A stretch of DNA of 64,000 nucleotides from Eubacteriales bacterium (GTDB taxonomy: Bacteria; Bacillota; Clostridia; Oscillospirales; CAG-272): assembly GCA_045535815.1 (NCBI GenBank), contig JAZSMJ010000068.1, forward strand, positions 5,459 to 69,458, given 5' to 3'. This document shows positions 26,324 through 37,856 of this stretch, in pieces. Made by a program: the position numbers and the translations under genes. Every line of letters begins with the position of its first letter. Within the stretch, counting starts at the first letter, position 1. Below the pieces are notes generated by a model. It ran no database searches and had not been told where the DNA came from. It saw only the letters and a list, made by a program, of their open reading frames with translations.

Positions 26324-29300
26324 ATGGCAGGGAAAACGCTTCTTGATGTTTTTAATAAATATGCTCCGGGTGACGAATTCAAGGCTATACTTGAGAGCGC
26401 AACGGATATCTCCGTTCGTGCGGACAGAGAGCGCAAGCTTGTCGAGGCGCAGGCGTTTTTTCCGGAAACCATAGAAAAGAAAAAGCTCTACCGTCTCGAA
26501 GAGGAGATAAGGGAAGCGTATAAGATAAACTCTGTGCGCATACTCCCGAAATATTCTCCCGATAAGTTCAATAGCGAATACATAACTCAGGTAATGGTAG
26601 AGGCGCAGCGCTTAGGCGCTGTTTCGAGAGGTTTTTTCAACGATTACGACGTTTCACTCGAGGGCAATCATATCAAGATAGATATTGCGTTTGCAAACGG
26701 CGGTATCGAGCTTTTGTACAGCGCAAAGACCCACGAGATAATCGAGGGGATAATTTTAAGAGAATTCGGGCTGAATTATACTGTGGAGATAACGAGATCG
26801 CAGGGCTTTGAGGGCGGATACGAGGATTTTGTAAAGCACAGAGACGAGTATCTTTCATCCGAAATGAAGGAAGCGGTTAAGCGGATAGAAGCAAGTGCTG
26901 CCGCTAACGCAGCAGCGGCGAGCGCTTCTTCTGCGCAGAATGCCAAAAAGCTTGCCGCTGACGGCAGTGAGCTTAAGAGAATGAACTCGCTTTACGAAAC
27001 CTCTGACAGTCAGTGCGATTGGCTTGACGAGACTACCGTTATATCGGGAAAGATCAAATTTTCGGTGGCAGAGCCTACCGAGATCCACGGAAGTGCATTT
27101 CCGATAACTCCTTCGCCTATCTCGACCTTTACCTCTCCTCAAAAAAGCGTTATTGCGGTCGGTGAGGTCTTTCAGGTAGAGCTCAGAGAAACCAGAAGGG
27201 GCGACAGCGTAACCGTTATTTTCGGCATTACCGATAAGGAATCCTCGGTATACGTGCGCATATCAGCAGATCCCGAGACGGCGGACGGTATAAAATCCGC
27301 ACTCGGAATAGGAAGCGCAGTTGCCGTCAGAGGTGCGCTCAGAAACGAAAATAAAGAGAGCGCAGAGCTTGCAATATTTGCATACGATATACTTAAGATA
27401 AAAAAGATAACCAGAAAAGATAATGCGCCCGAAAAGAGAGTCGAGCTTCATCTGCATACTGCAATGTCGGCAATGGATGCGACTATGCAGCCAGACGTGG
27501 TTGTAAAAACTGCAAAGGCGTGGGGTCATCCTGCCGTTGCCTTTACCGATCACGGAAACGTTCAGGCGTTTCCCGAGGCTATGCTTGCTGCAGAAAAGCT
27601 TGGTGATATAAAGGTCATATACGGTATGGAGGGCTATTACGTCGACGATACGGCAAGAGCCGTATACGGAGACAAGCTTTGCTTGTTTACCGATCAGTTT
27701 ACCGTTTTTGATATAGAAACCACCGGACTTTCGGCTATAAATAATAAAATAACAGAAATAGGTGCGGTCAAGATAAAGGGCGGAGAGGTTATTGACAGAT
27801 TCAATACCTTCGTTGACCCAAGGGAGCATATCCCCGAAAAGATAACCGAGCTTACCGGCATAACCGACGAGATGGTTGCAGGTGCACCTGAAGAGTGCGA
27901 GGCGGTAAAGAGCTTCCTCGAATTTGCAGGTGACGATATGCTGATAGCCCATAACGCATCCTTTGATACCAGCTTTATCAGAAGGGTGTGCGATGAGCAC
28001 AGAATGCCCTTTACCAGCTCCTATCTTGACACAGTTGCTATGTCGAGATATGCAAATCCAGAGCTTTCAAAGCATAGGCTTGACGTTTTGGCAGAGTATT
28101 ATAAGCTCGGTGATTTCAATCATCACAGAGCCTGTGATGACGCAGAAATGCTTGCTCACATATTCTTTGCAATGACCGATAAGCTCCGCAAGGAAGGTGT
28201 TTTCGGAATTGCCGATATGAATCAGGCAATGAGTGAGAGAGCCGATCCGCTCAAGCTCAGGTCCTATCATATGATACTGCTCGTCAAGAATCAGACGGGA
28301 CTTAAAAACCTTTACAAAATGGTATCCGACGGATATCTGAAATATTTCAGAAAGCATCCGAGAATACCCAGGACCGTGCTTGAAGCTCACCGTGAGGGAC
28401 TTATAATAGGATCTGCCTGCTCGGAGGGCGAGCTCTTCTCGGCTATACTTGAAAACAAATCCTTTGGCGATCTCAAAAAGATAGCGAGCTTTTACGACTA
28501 TCTTGAGATACAGCCTCTTTGCAATAACGCCTATCTTATAAGAAACGGCTCGGTTGCAAACGAGGAGAAGCTGAAGGAAATAAATAAGACCATAATCAAA
28601 ATTGCCGACAGTCTCGGCAAGCCGGTCGTTGCAACCTGCGACGCTCACTTCCTTGAAGCAGACGACGAGATATACCGTCAGATACTGATGAAGGGTATGG
28701 GCTTCTCGGATACCGATAACGAAAGCGGTATTTATTTCAGAACGACCGAGGAGATGCTTCGTGAGTTTGAATATCTCGGTGAGGAAAAGGCTTACGAGGT
28801 GGTCGTAAAAAATACCAATCTAATAAGCGATATGATAGAAAACGTCCGCCCGATACCTAAAGGAAGCTTCCCGCCTAAGCTCGAGGGATCGGATGAAAAT
28901 CTGTCAGAGATGTGCTGGGCAAAGGCGAAGGAGCTTTACGGCGATCCGCTTCCCGAGGTGGTCTCAACAAGACTTGAAAGAGAGCTTGTTCCTATCATCA
29001 ACAACGGCTTTGCCGTTATGTATATGATAGCGCAGAAGCTTATTGAAAACAGTGAAAAAGCAGGCTATCTCGTCGGCTCAAGAGGCTCGGTAGGCTCGTC
29101 CTTTACCGCCACCATGTGCGGAGTTTCGGAGGTCAATCCGCTTCCGCCACATTACCGTTGCCCAAAATGCAGACACAGCGAATTCCAGGATGACAGCTGG
29201 GAGATAAAATACGGCTCGGGATACGATATGCCCAATAAGGACTGTCCCGTTTGCGGTGAGCGTATGATAGGTGACGGACACGATATTCCGTTTGAGACCT

Positions 29301-30748
29301 TCCTTGGCTTCAGCGGTGAAAAATCTCCCGATATCGACCTTAACTTCTCGGGTGACGTTCAGGGCGATGCACATAAATTCACCGAGGTTCTGTTCGGAAG
29401 CGAAAACGTCTTCAGAGCAGGAACTATAGGTACTATTGCCGATAAGACGGCATACGGATACGTTGCGAAGTATCTTGAGGAGAAGGGAATATCTCTGCCG
29501 AGAGCCGAGATGTTCAGGCTTATAAGCGGATGCGTCGGTGTCAAGAGAACTACGGGTCAGCATCCCGGCGGCGTTATCGTCGTTCCGAGAGAATACGATA
29601 TATACGATTTTTCACCCGTTCAGCATCCTGCCGATAAATCGGCGTCCGATACAGTCACAACGCACTTTGCGTTCACATATCTGCACGATACGCTTCTGAA
29701 GCTCGATATTCTCGGGCACGATGTGCCGACCAAGTACAAAAAGCTTCAGGACCTTACCGGCATAGACGTGCGTGACGTTCCAATGCACGATGAGGACGTT
29801 ATGGAGCTGTTTCTGTCGACAAAGTCACTCGGAGTAAAGCCGAGTGATATAGGAAGCGAGGTCGGAACCTTCGGTCTTCCCGAATTCGGTACAAACTTCG
29901 TTCGTCAGATGCTTGTTGACACAAAGCCGAAATGCTTTGCCGATCTTCTTCAGATATCAGGTCTTTCGCACGGTACGGGAGTTTGGCTGGGCAACGCTCA
30001 GGACCTTATCAAAAACGGCACCTGCACTATATCCGAGGTTATCGGAACGAGAGACAATATAATGCTTGAGCTTATAAATTACGGTCTTGAAAAGGGACTT
30101 GCCTTCAATATAATGGAAAAGGTGCGTAAGGGTAAGGGACTTACCCCCGAATTCGAGGCGGCTATGAGGGCATGCAACGTGCCTGAGTGGTATATAGATT
30201 CCTGCAAGAAGATTAAATATATGTTCCCGAAGGCTCATGCCGCGGCGTACGATATTGCGTCTCTTCGTCTCGGATGGTTCAAGGTGCACCGTCCTCTTGA
30301 GTTTTATGCGGTATTCTTCACTCTCGCAAAGGAAGGCTTTGATGCTCAGATAGTAATGAAGGGCAAGAACGAGGTCGTCCGTGTTATGAAGGAGATAGAA
30401 AATAAAGGAAAGGACTCAACGCAGAAGGACGATGCAATGTACAGCACCCTTCAGCTTGTTAATGAATATCTGGCAAGAGGAATGCAGTTCCTGCCCGTTG
30501 ACCTTTACAAATCGGGGGCACACGACTTCCTTCCCGATAACGGCAAGATAAGACTGCCGTTCTCATCTCTTCCCGGTCTTGGCGAGAACGCCGCAGAAAA
30601 GATAGTTTCCGTAAGAGACGAGGGAGAGCTTCTCTCTATAGAGGAGCTTCAGACAAGGGCGCACATTCCGAAGTCTGTTATAGATATTCTCAAGACAAAC
30701 GGAGTGCTTGATAAGCTTAGTGAAACCAATCAGATAACGTTCTTCTGA
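26324..30748 (+). CDS. polC: DNA polymerase III alpha, PolC type (PHP + internal DEDDh exonuclease)
   Basis: 1474 aa. Exonuclease motifs FDIETTGL and HNASFD sit inside the PHP/polymerase core, the typical Firmicute PolC architecture. Confidence 0.95.
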   Translation: MAGKTLLDVFNKYAPGDEFKAILESATDISVRADRERKLVEAQAFFPETIEKKKLYRLEEEIREAYKINSVRILPKYSPDKFNSEYITQVMVEAQRLGAVSRGFFNDYDVSLEGNHIKIDIAFANGGIELLYSAKTHEIIEGIILREFGLNYTVEITRSQGFEGGYEDFVKHRDEYLSSEMKEAVKRIEASAAANAAAASASSAQNAKKLAADGSELKRMNSLYETSDSQCDWLDETTVISGKIKFSVAEPTEIHGSAFPITPSPISTFTSPQKSVIAVGEVFQVELRETRRGDSVTVIFGITDKESSVYVRISADPETADGIKSALGIGSAVAVRGALRNENKESAELAIFAYDILKIKKITRKDNAPEKRVELHLHTAMSAMDATMQPDVVVKTAKAWGHPAVAFTDHGNVQAFPEAMLAAEKLGDIKVIYGMEGYYVDDTARAVYGDKLCLFTDQFTVFDIETTGLSAINNKITEIGAVKIKGGEVIDRFNTFVDPREHIPEKITELTGITDEMVAGAPEECEAVKSFLEFAGDDMLIAHNASFDTSFIRRVCDEHRMPFTSSYLDTVAMSRYANPELSKHRLDVLAEYYKLGDFNHHRACDDAEMLAHIFFAMTDKLRKEGVFGIADMNQAMSERADPLKLRSYHMILLVKNQTGLKNLYKMVSDGYLKYFRKHPRIPRTVLEAHREGLIIGSACSEGELFSAILENKSFGDLKKIASFYDYLEIQPLCNNAYLIRNGSVANEEKLKEINKTIIKIADSLGKPVVATCDAHFLEADDEIYRQILMKGMGFSDTDNESGIYFRTTEEMLREFEYLGEEKAYEVVVKNTNLISDMIENVRPIPKGSFPPKLEGSDENLSEMCWAKAKELYGDPLPEVVSTRLERELVPIINNGFAVMYMIAQKLIENSEKAGYLVGSRGSVGSSFTATMCGVSEVNPLPPHYRCPKCRHSEFQDDSWEIKYGSGYDMPNKDCPVCGERMIGDGHDIPFETFLGFSGEKSPDIDLNFSGDVQGDAHKFTEVLFGSENVFRAGTIGTIADKTAYGYVAKYLEEKGISLPRAEMFRLISGCVGVKRTTGQHPGGVIVVPREYDIYDFSPVQHPADKSASDTVTTHFAFTYLHDTLLKLDILGHDVPTKYKKLQDLTGIDVRDVPMHDEDVMELFLSTKSLGVKPSDIGSEVGTFGLPEFGTNFVRQMLVDTKPKCFADLLQISGLSHGTGVWLGNAQDLIKNGTCTISEVIGTRDNIMLELINYGLEKGLAFNIMEKVRKGKGLTPEFEAAMRACNVPEWYIDSCKKIKYMFPKAHAAAYDIASLRLGWFKVHRPLEFYAVFFTLAKEGFDAQIVMKGKNEVVRVMKEIENKGKDSTQKDDAMYSTLQLVNEYLARGMQFLPVDLYKSGAHDFLPDNGKIRLPFSSLPGLGENAAEKIVSVRDEGELLSIEELQTRAHIPKSVIDILKTNGVLDKLSETNQITFF

Positions 30749-30764
30749 TTTTTCACAAAAGGTA

Positions 30765-30793
30765 TTGACAATACCTTTATATTGTGCTAATAT
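30765..30793 (+). promoter_or_regulatory. Sigma-A-type promoter of the his operon
   Basis: TTGACA (30765-30770), 17 nt, TAATAT (30788-30793). The -35 sits inside a 9-3-9 palindrome, aaaggtatt-gac-aataccttt. Confidence 0.55.
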
Positions 30794-30912
30794 ATTAGCA
30801 AGATAAAGCAAGAAAGTGCCGCATCGCTCAGTCGATGCGGCAGTCTTGGGTGTTTTAAGACTTTTGATATCTAAAAAATCAACGGGAGCTGATTGAAATA
30901 AACAAGTGGAAT

Positions 30913-32094
30913 ATGAACATCCCCGAGGGTACGAGGGATATAATTTACGATGATGCGCTGGTATATGAGGATATATCGCAAAGGCTTTCAAGCGTCTATG
31001 CAAAAAACGGCTTCAGACCGGTAATGACCCCTGCCGTCGAATACTATGACGTCTTTGGCTTTGAGGGTCAGCCGATAAGCCAGGAGAGCATGTATAAGTT
31101 TACCGATATGAGCGGAAGACTTATCGTTTTGAGAGCGGATAATACAACTCCTCTTGCAAGAGTGGCGGCAACAAAGCTCCGCTCTGCTCAGCTTCCTCAG
31201 AAGATATGCTATAATCAGAATATATACAGAATTAATTCAGAGCATTCGGGAAGAAGAAACGAGATACTTCAAAGCGGTGTCGAGATAATCGGTGCGGCAG
31301 GTATTAAGAGCGACATCATCTGTCTTGCCGTTGCTCTTGAGGCGCTCAGGAGCCTCGGTGTCGATTTCAAGATAGAGATAGGCACGGTCGGTTTTTACAA
31401 TGCGCTGATAAAGGAGCTGGACCTCAGCGAAAAGGAAACCGATATAGTCAGAGAATACGTTGACACAAAGAATACCGTTTCACTTGATTTAATGAAGCGC
31501 AGAAACGGATTTGAAAAGATAAAGCGCCTTCCCATGCTTTACGGCGGAGAAGAGGTTTTTGATGAGGCTTATTCGATAGCAGGCGATAATGCCGAGGCTA
31601 TAGAGGCTCTCGATTATATTAAAAAGCTTTACGGTGCGCTTGCAAGCTCGGGATATGCCGACAATATAATGATAGATCTCGGTCTTGTTCATAAGATCGA
31701 TTATTATACAGGCGTAGTTTTCAGAGGATATATTGAGGGCGCAGGCGAGGCGGTGCTCAGCGGCGGAAGATACGATAATCTTATAAACCATTTCGGATAT
31801 AACGCAGTTGCAACAGGATTTGCAATAAACGTCGGTCTTTGCGCTGATACAATTATAAAGAATATGAAGGAAGAGGTCAGGGTTGGCGCTGATTATCTTA
31901 TCTTCTTTGAAGCAGACGGATTCAAGTATGCCGATGAATATAAGACGGAGCTTGATAAAAAGGGCTTTACAAGCGAATTTTCAAGCGCTTGCTCGATAGA
32001 GGATGCGCTTGCGTATGCAAGAGAGGCAAGAATCCAGAAGCTTGCAATTATAGGAAGTGACGGCAGCATCGATATAAAGGAGGCGGCAGAGTGA
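30913..32094 (+). CDS. hisZ: ATP phosphoribosyltransferase regulatory subunit (HisRS paralog)
   Basis: HisS-like class II core without an anticodon-binding domain. It lies immediately upstream of, and overlaps, a short-form hisG. Confidence 0.85.
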   Translation: MNIPEGTRDIIYDDALVYEDISQRLSSVYAKNGFRPVMTPAVEYYDVFGFEGQPISQESMYKFTDMSGRLIVLRADNTTPLARVAATKLRSAQLPQKICYNQNIYRINSEHSGRRNEILQSGVEIIGAAGIKSDIICLAVALEALRSLGVDFKIEIGTVGFYNALIKELDLSEKETDIVREYVDTKNTVSLDLMKRRNGFEKIKRLPMLYGGEEVFDEAYSIAGDNAEAIEALDYIKKLYGALASSGYADNIMIDLGLVHKIDYYTGVVFRGYIEGAGEAVLSGGRYDNLINHFGYNAVATGFAINVGLCADTIIKNMKEEVRVGADYLIFFEADGFKYADEYKTELDKKGFTSEFSSACSIEDALAYAREARIQKLAIIGSDGSIDIKEAAE

Positions 32095-32726
32095 TAAGGA
32101 TCGCGCTCACAAAGGGCAGAATAGAAAAAAAGGCAATTGAAATTCTTACCCGTGCCGGCTATGATATGAGCTGTCTCAATGAAGAGAATAAGGGAAGAAA
32201 GCTTCTGTTTAAGGTGGATAACGCCGATATAGAGATAGTGCTTGCAAAGGCGGCAGACGTTATGACCTACGTTGAGCACGGCGTTTGTGACGTCGGTATA
32301 GTAGGCGAGGATACCGTTCTTGAGAGCGGTAAATCGGTATACGAGCTTCTTGACCTCGGCTTCGGCAGGTGCAGATTTGCTCTTGCAGGAATAAAGGGAA
32401 AGAATTTTTACGACGGATATTCTCACAAGGTCATAGCATCGAAATATCCGAATATAACCAAGAGCTATTTTAACAGCAGAGGTATAGACGTTGAGGTCGT
32501 AAAGATAGAGGGCTCGGTAGAGCTTGCTCCTCTGCTCGGCCTTTCGGATGCTATCGCAGATATAGTTGAAACAGGCTCAACGCTTAAGGCAAACGGTCTT
32601 GAGGTGTACGAGGATATCGTAAACATCTCTGCAAGGCTTGTCGCAAACATTGCGGCGGCAAAGCTTAAAAAGGCAGAGATAGATGATCTGCTTTCCAGAG
32701 TGTCGGGAGCTCTTGCTTCCGAATAA
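32091..32726 (+). CDS. hisG: ATP phosphoribosyltransferase, short form
   Basis: 211 aa: IALTKGR, DVGIVGED, DIVETGSTLKANGL. Confidence 0.9.
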   Translation: MIRIALTKGRIEKKAIEILTRAGYDMSCLNEENKGRKLLFKVDNADIEIVLAKAADVMTYVEHGVCDVGIVGEDTVLESGKSVYELLDLGFGRCRFALAGIKGKNFYDGYSHKVIASKYPNITKSYFNSRGIDVEVVKIEGSVELAPLLGLSDAIADIVETGSTLKANGLEVYEDIVNISARLVANIAAAKLKKAEIDDLLSRVSGALASE

Positions 32727-32748
32727 CGTCAATTTATGAGGTTTTCAG

Positions 32749-34029
32749 ATGTTAAAATTATACAGTAAAGATAATATTCAAGAATTATACGCTCTGCTTG
32801 AGCGCCGTGCAGACAGCGTGACTGCAGAGCTTACCCGTGCAGTATCGGACGTTATATGTGACGTTCGTGAAAACGGTGACGAGGCACTTTACCGCCTGAC
32901 GGAAAAATTTGATAAAATAAGACCCGAAACGCTTATATTAAGCGAAGCGGAAAAGAAAAAGCTGCTTGATAAGGTGCCAGCCGAGCTTCGTCGTACTATG
33001 GAAAGAGCGGCTGAAAACATCTTTGCCTTCCATGAAAAGCAAAAGCAAAACAGCCGTATCGACTGTGAAAACGGCAGGATAATGGGTCAGAGAGTTATAC
33101 CGCTCAAAAGAGTCGGACTTTACGTTCCGGGCGGTACGGCGGCATATCCCTCATCGGTTTTGATGAATGCAATTCCCGCAAAGGTCGCAGGAGTTGACGA
33201 GATAGTTATAACGACACCGCCTAAAAGCGAGGGAATATCTCCTGCGGTCGTTTGTGCGGCTGATATAGCTGGCGTTAAGGAGATAATAACGGTGGGCGGA
33301 GCGCAGGCAGTTGCGGCTCTTGCATACGGAACGCAGAGCGTCAGACGTGTTGATAAGATAGTAGGACCCGGCAACATTTTCGTTGCTATAGCTAAAAGAC
33401 TCGTTTTCGGCTCGGTTGATATTGATATGTTTGCAGGACCGAGTGAGGTGCTTGTTATCGCTGATGAGAGTGCAGATCCCGCATACCTTGCCGCAGACCT
33501 TATGTCTCAGGCGGAGCACGATCCGATGGCGGCATCCATACTTATTGCAACCTCTGAAGATATAATTGATAAGGTAAACGTTGAGATAGAAAAGCAGCTT
33601 GCAACCCTTTCAAGAGGCGATATAATCAGAAGATCACTTGAGAGCTACGGAAGTGCGGTCGTTGTCGGCGATCTTTCGGAGGCGGCTGAGATATCGGATG
33701 TCGTTGCACCCGAGCATCTTGAGCTTGCGGTTGCGCAGCCGTTTGAGCTTCTTCCCAAGATAAGAAACGCAGGCTCGGTATTCCTTGGAAAATATACGCC
33801 TGAGCCACTCGGCGACTATTATGCAGGACCTAATCACGTTCTTCCCACCAACGGAACGGCGAGATTCTCCTCCCCCTTGTCGGTAGACAGCTTTATCAAA
33901 AAATCGAGCTTCCTTTATTACGAAAAGAGCGCACTCTTATCCGCAGGAGACGATATAATATCGTTTGCAAATGCGGAAGGGCTTGATGCTCACGCAAATT
34001 CAATAAAAGTCAGAATGAGAGATAAATAA
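32749..34029 (+). CDS. hisD: Histidinol dehydrogenase
   Basis: [29 protein letters not shown]. Confidence 0.9.
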   Translation: MLKLYSKDNIQELYALLERRADSVTAELTRAVSDVICDVRENGDEALYRLTEKFDKIRPETLILSEAEKKKLLDKVPAELRRTMERAAENIFAFHEKQKQNSRIDCENGRIMGQRVIPLKRVGLYVPGGTAAYPSSVLMNAIPAKVAGVDEIVITTPPKSEGISPAVVCAADIAGVKEIITVGGAQAVAALAYGTQSVRRVDKIVGPGNIFVAIAKRLVFGSVDIDMFAGPSEVLVIADESADPAYLAADLMSQAEHDPMAASILIATSEDIIDKVNVEIEKQLATLSRGDIIRRSLESYGSAVVVGDLSEAAEISDVVAPEHLELAVAQPFELLPKIRNAGSVFLGKYTPEPLGDYYAGPNHVLPTNGTARFSSPLSVDSFIKKSSFLYYEKSALLSAGDDIISFANAEGLDAHANSIKVRMRDK

Positions 34030-34036
34030 AAAGAAA

Positions 34037-35119
34037 ATGTCTAACAGATTTATATCGGATAAGATAAATAAAATGGAGGAGTACAATCCGTGCTCCGCAA
34101 AATATCAAGTTCGGCTTGATGCCAACGAAAGCCCGTTTGAGCTTTCGCAAGAGATACTGTCGGAGTTTTGCGAGGCGATAAAGGATATTGACTATAACAG
34201 ATATCCCGATCCGAGAGCAAGCGAGCTTACCGAAAAGTTTGCCGCCATATATAACGTAAAAAGTGAAAACGTAGTTTGCGGAAACGGCTCGGACGAGCTT
34301 ATCAGTCTTATCTGCACAGGATTTTTAGATCCGGGGGATAAGCTTATAACCATAACTCCCGATTTTTCAATGTATCAGTTTTACGCAGAGCTTGCAGGAG
34401 CTGAGGTCATCAATTTCTATAAGACCCACGATTTTCAGTTCGATTTCGGAAGACTTATAGACACAGTAATGAAAAAGAAGGCTAAGGCGGTCATATTCTC
34501 CAATCCCTGCAATCCGACCTCTGCGGTATGCTCAAAAGAGGATATATTAACTCTTGTTAAGGCTTGCAGTGAAAGCGGATGCCTGGTTATTGCAGACGAG
34601 GCTTATATGGAGTTTTGCGATACCGATGAGAGCATGATACCGTATGTTGAAGAGTTTGATAATCTTATCGTTTTGAAAACGCTCTCAAAGGCATTCGGAC
34701 TTGCAGCGCTCAGAGTGGGATTTATGATAAGTAATCCCGATATTATTCTTGCGGTACGCAAGTTCAAAAGTCCGTATAATCTGAACTCGCTCTCGCAAAG
34801 GCTTGCAGGAATAGTTCTTGACCATTTTGATGAGATAAAAAATAACATTCAACTGATCAAAAAGGGCACCCGTGAGCTTTATGAGAGTGTAAAGGCGCTT
34901 GAGGATGTAGGCAATTTTACCGTTCAAAAGCCGTACGCCAATTTTATAACCCTTGCTTTTGAGGATAAAGAGGTGGCTGCTTCTGTATCCGAAAAGCTGC
35001 ATGATTACGGAATAGCCGTGAGATTTACAAGCGGTCTTCTCCGCATAAACTGCGGAAAAGAGGATGAAAATAAAAAATTCGTTGACAGCTTTACTGAAAT
35101 TGTCGGAGGTAAGTTATGA
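34037..35119 (+). CDS. hisC: Histidinol-phosphate aminotransferase
   Basis: Class II aminotransferase (LDANESP, NPCNPT, TLSKAFGLAALRVG) in his-operon context. Confidence 0.85.
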   Translation: MSNRFISDKINKMEEYNPCSAKYQVRLDANESPFELSQEILSEFCEAIKDIDYNRYPDPRASELTEKFAAIYNVKSENVVCGNGSDELISLICTGFLDPGDKLITITPDFSMYQFYAELAGAEVINFYKTHDFQFDFGRLIDTVMKKKAKAVIFSNPCNPTSAVCSKEDILTLVKACSESGCLVIADEAYMEFCDTDESMIPYVEEFDNLIVLKTLSKAFGLAALRVGFMISNPDIILAVRKFKSPYNLNSLSQRLAGIVLDHFDEIKNNIQLIKKGTRELYESVKALEDVGNFTVQKPYANFITLAFEDKEVAASVSEKLHDYGIAVRFTSGLLRINCGKEDENKKFVDSFTEIVGGKL

Positions 35120-35700
35120 GATATGCATGTATTACCAGAAATACACGTGAAACGCAGATAACAATGTCACTTGAGCTTGACAGAGTCGGTGCAGGTGCGC
35201 TTGAGGGAACGAGCGGAGTTGGATTTTTCGATCATATGCTCAACTCCTTCTGTGTACACGGTGGATTTTATATTAAGCTTGATATGAGCGGAGACTTAAA
35301 CGTTGACTGTCATCACACTATAGAGGACGTAGGTATAGTTTTAGGCAAGCTTTTTGATCAGATACTTGCCGATAAGGGCGGCATCTGCCGCTTCGGTGAG
35401 GCTAATCTTCCTATGGATGAGGCTCTCGTTTTTTCTGCAGTCGATATTTCGGGCAGACCTTATCTCGTGTGTGACCTTCCCGTAGCTCAGCCTATGATAG
35501 GTGATTACGATACACAGATGACACGCGAGTTCTTCAGAGCACTTGCCTTTAATATGCAGGCAACTCTGCACGTCAGAATGATATACGGTGAGAATGCTCA
35601 CCACGTAACAGAGGCAGCGTTCAAGGCGGTTGCACGTGCGATATCTGCGGCAGTAAAGACGAGCGATACAGGTGTTTTATCTGCCAAAGGGGTACTTTAA
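35116..35700 (+). CDS. hisB: Imidazoleglycerol-phosphate dehydratase
   Basis: TRETQI, HHTIEDVGI, NAHHVTEAAFKA. Confidence 0.9.
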   Translation: MRYACITRNTRETQITMSLELDRVGAGALEGTSGVGFFDHMLNSFCVHGGFYIKLDMSGDLNVDCHHTIEDVGIVLGKLFDQILADKGGICRFGEANLPMDEALVFSAVDISGRPYLVCDLPVAQPMIGDYDTQMTREFFRALAFNMQATLHVRMIYGENAHHVTEAAFKAVARAISAAVKTSDTGVLSAKGVL

Positions 35701-35702
35701 TA

Positions 35703-36329
35703 ATGCCGAGAATAGGAATAATCGACTATGGAATAGGCAATCTTCACAGCGTAAAGAATGCCTTTGACTATATTGGTTGCGATGCGTTTATATCATCGGA
35801 TGCAAAGGAGCTTGAAAAATCAGACGGAATACTTCTTCCCGGAGTGGGCGCATTTCCCGACGGAATGAGAGCTCTTGTAAATACCGGGCTTGCAGATTTC
35901 GTAAAAAGTGAGGCAGCGCTCGGCAAACCCTTGCTCGGAATATGCCTTGGTATGCAGCTTCTGTTTGACGTAAGCTACGAGTTTGAGGAGTGCAGCGGCC
36001 TTGGTCTTATCAGCGGCAGTGTCGAGAGGATGAAGGCGTGCGATGCCGATAAACGCTATAAGCTTCCGCATATAGGCTGGAATACCCTTGAATTTGTACG
36101 AACCTCTCCTCTTTGCAAGGATATAACGGCTGAAAAGCAGGTGTATTTCGTCCATTCGTACTATGCGGTAATGCCGAGTGATGATGATCTTATCGCATAT
36201 ACCGAGTATGGCGAGAGAGTAACTGCCATAGTTGGCAAGGGAAACGTTTTCGGAACTCAGTTCCATCCCGAAAAAAGCGGCAAGGTAGGGCTTGAGATGT
36301 TGAAGGGCTTTGCCGAATTCTGCAAATGA
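35703..36329 (+). CDS. hisH: Imidazole glycerol phosphate synthase, glutamine amidotransferase subunit
   Basis: GNLHSV, LPGVGAF, GICLGMQLL, FHPEKS. Confidence 0.9.
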   Translation: MPRIGIIDYGIGNLHSVKNAFDYIGCDAFISSDAKELEKSDGILLPGVGAFPDGMRALVNTGLADFVKSEAALGKPLLGICLGMQLLFDVSYEFEECSGLGLISGSVERMKACDADKRYKLPHIGWNTLEFVRTSPLCKDITAEKQVYFVHSYYAVMPSDDDLIAYTEYGERVTAIVGKGNVFGTQFHPEKSGKVGLEMLKGFAEFCK

Positions 36330-36345
36330 TCAGTGTGAGGTTGTT

Positions 36346-37080
36346 ATGATTATTTTACCTGCAATAGATATACTGAACGGCAACTGCGTCCGTCTTCAAA
36401 AGGGTGAGTACGACAGTGCGCATAAGGTGGCGGCTGACGCGATAGAGACAGCCAAGGCTTTTGAGGCAGACGGCGCAGAATATATCCACGTAGTCGATCT
36501 TAACGGTGCAAAGGACGGACAAAAAATAAACAATGATCTTATCTGTCGCATAGCGTCAAGCGTAAACGTGCCGATAGAGGTCGGCGGTGGCATAAGACAG
36601 CTTGAGGACGTTGAGTATTACCTCGAGAGAGGGGTATCAAGGGTTATAATCGGCTCTGCCGCTTATACCAATCCCGAGCTTGTGAAAAGATCTGCCGATA
36701 AATACGGCGCAAGAATTGCCGTCGGAATAGATGCAAGGGGCGGCAAGGTCAGCACGCAGGGCTGGACGCAGACCTCTGATATCGGCTATACCGAATTTGC
36801 AGTCGAGATGGAGAAGCTGGGTATAGGCAACATTATTTTTACCGAAATAGAGAGAGACGGTATGCTTTCCGGTATAGATGCAGATAAGTACGCCGATCTT
36901 ATGAGGGCAGTAAAGCTTGATATTACCGCAAGCGGCGGTATTAAGGATATCGAGGATATAAAAGCACTTGCGGATATAGGCGTTTACGGTGCAATATGCG
37001 GAAAGTCGATATACAGCGGAAGTCTTTCGCTTCCGCAGGCTATAAAATGCGCAAAGGAAGCTATCGGAGATAAAAAATGA
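36346..37080 (+). CDS. hisA: ProFAR isomerase
   Basis: [16 protein letters not shown]. Start taken at the ATG at 36346, which follows a GTGAGG RBS. Confidence 0.88.
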   Translation: MIILPAIDILNGNCVRLQKGEYDSAHKVAADAIETAKAFEADGAEYIHVVDLNGAKDGQKINNDLICRIASSVNVPIEVGGGIRQLEDVEYYLERGVSRVIIGSAAYTNPELVKRSADKYGARIAVGIDARGGKVSTQGWTQTSDIGYTEFAVEMEKLGIGNIIFTEIERDGMLSGIDADKYADLMRAVKLDITASGGIKDIEDIKALADIGVYGAICGKSIYSGSLSLPQAIKCAKEAIGDKK

Positions 37081-37856
37081 TATCAAAAAGAATTATCCCC
37101 TGCCTTGACGTCAAGGACGGAAGGGTTGTAAAGGGAGTAAATTTCGTAAATCTCAGAGATGCGGGCGACGTCGTTGAGAATGCAAAGTTCTATAATTCTC
37201 AGGGAGCGGACGAGCTTGTGTTTCTTGATATAACTGCCTCTCACGAGCAGAGAAAGACTATAACCGACGTCGTTGAGCGCACTGCCAAGGAGGTATTTAT
37301 GCCTCTTACGGTAGGCGGCGGAATACGCAGCTGTGACGATTTTCGTGAGATACTTCTTGCAGGTGCAGATAAGGTAGCGGTCAACTCTGCCGCAGTAAAG
37401 GACAAAAGCCTTATAAGTGCAGCGGCAGACAAATTCGGAAGTCAGTGCGTCGTGCTTGCAATGGATGCAAGGCGTGTGTCCGAGGGTAAATACAATATCT
37501 TTATAAACGGCGGACGTGTTGACACCGGAATAGACGCTCTTGAGTGGGCAATGGAAGCAGAGCGACTCGGAGCAGGGGAGATACTGCTTACCTCAATGGA
37601 TGCAGACGGCACCAAAAAGGGCTTTGATATAGAGCTTACCCGTGCGGTGACTGACAGAGTAAGCATACCCGTTATCGCCTCGGGCGGTGGCGGCAGTAAG
37701 GAGCATTTCTACGACGTTCTATGTGAGGACGGTGCAAACGCCGATGCTGCACTTGCGGCAACGCTCTTCCATTACAGAGAGCTTTCTGTTGGTGAGGTAA
37801 AGGAATACCTGCGTGACCGTGGAATACGGGTCAGAATGACAGAGGAGGAGCAGTAA
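37077..37856 (+). CDS. hisF: Imidazole glycerol phosphate synthase, cyclase subunit
   Basis: [31 protein letters not shown]. Confidence 0.9.
   Translation: MISKRIIPCLDVKDGRVVKGVNFVNLRDAGDVVENAKFYNSQGADELVFLDITASHEQRKTITDVVERTAKEVFMPLTVGGGIRSCDDFREILLAGADKVAVNSAAVKDKSLISAAADKFGSQCVVLAMDARRVSEGKYNIFINGGRVDTGIDALEWAMEAERLGAGEILLTSMDADGTKKGFDIELTRAVTDRVSIPVIASGGGGSKEHFYDVLCEDGANADAALAATLFHYRELSVGEVKEYLRDRGIRVRMTEEEQ

Noticed and set aside
30794-30912. A T-box or other riboswitch upstream of hisZ.
   Set aside because: The leader is only about 115 nt and lacks the T-box core (GGGTGGTACCGCG-like) on the plus strand. Only simple hairpins are present.
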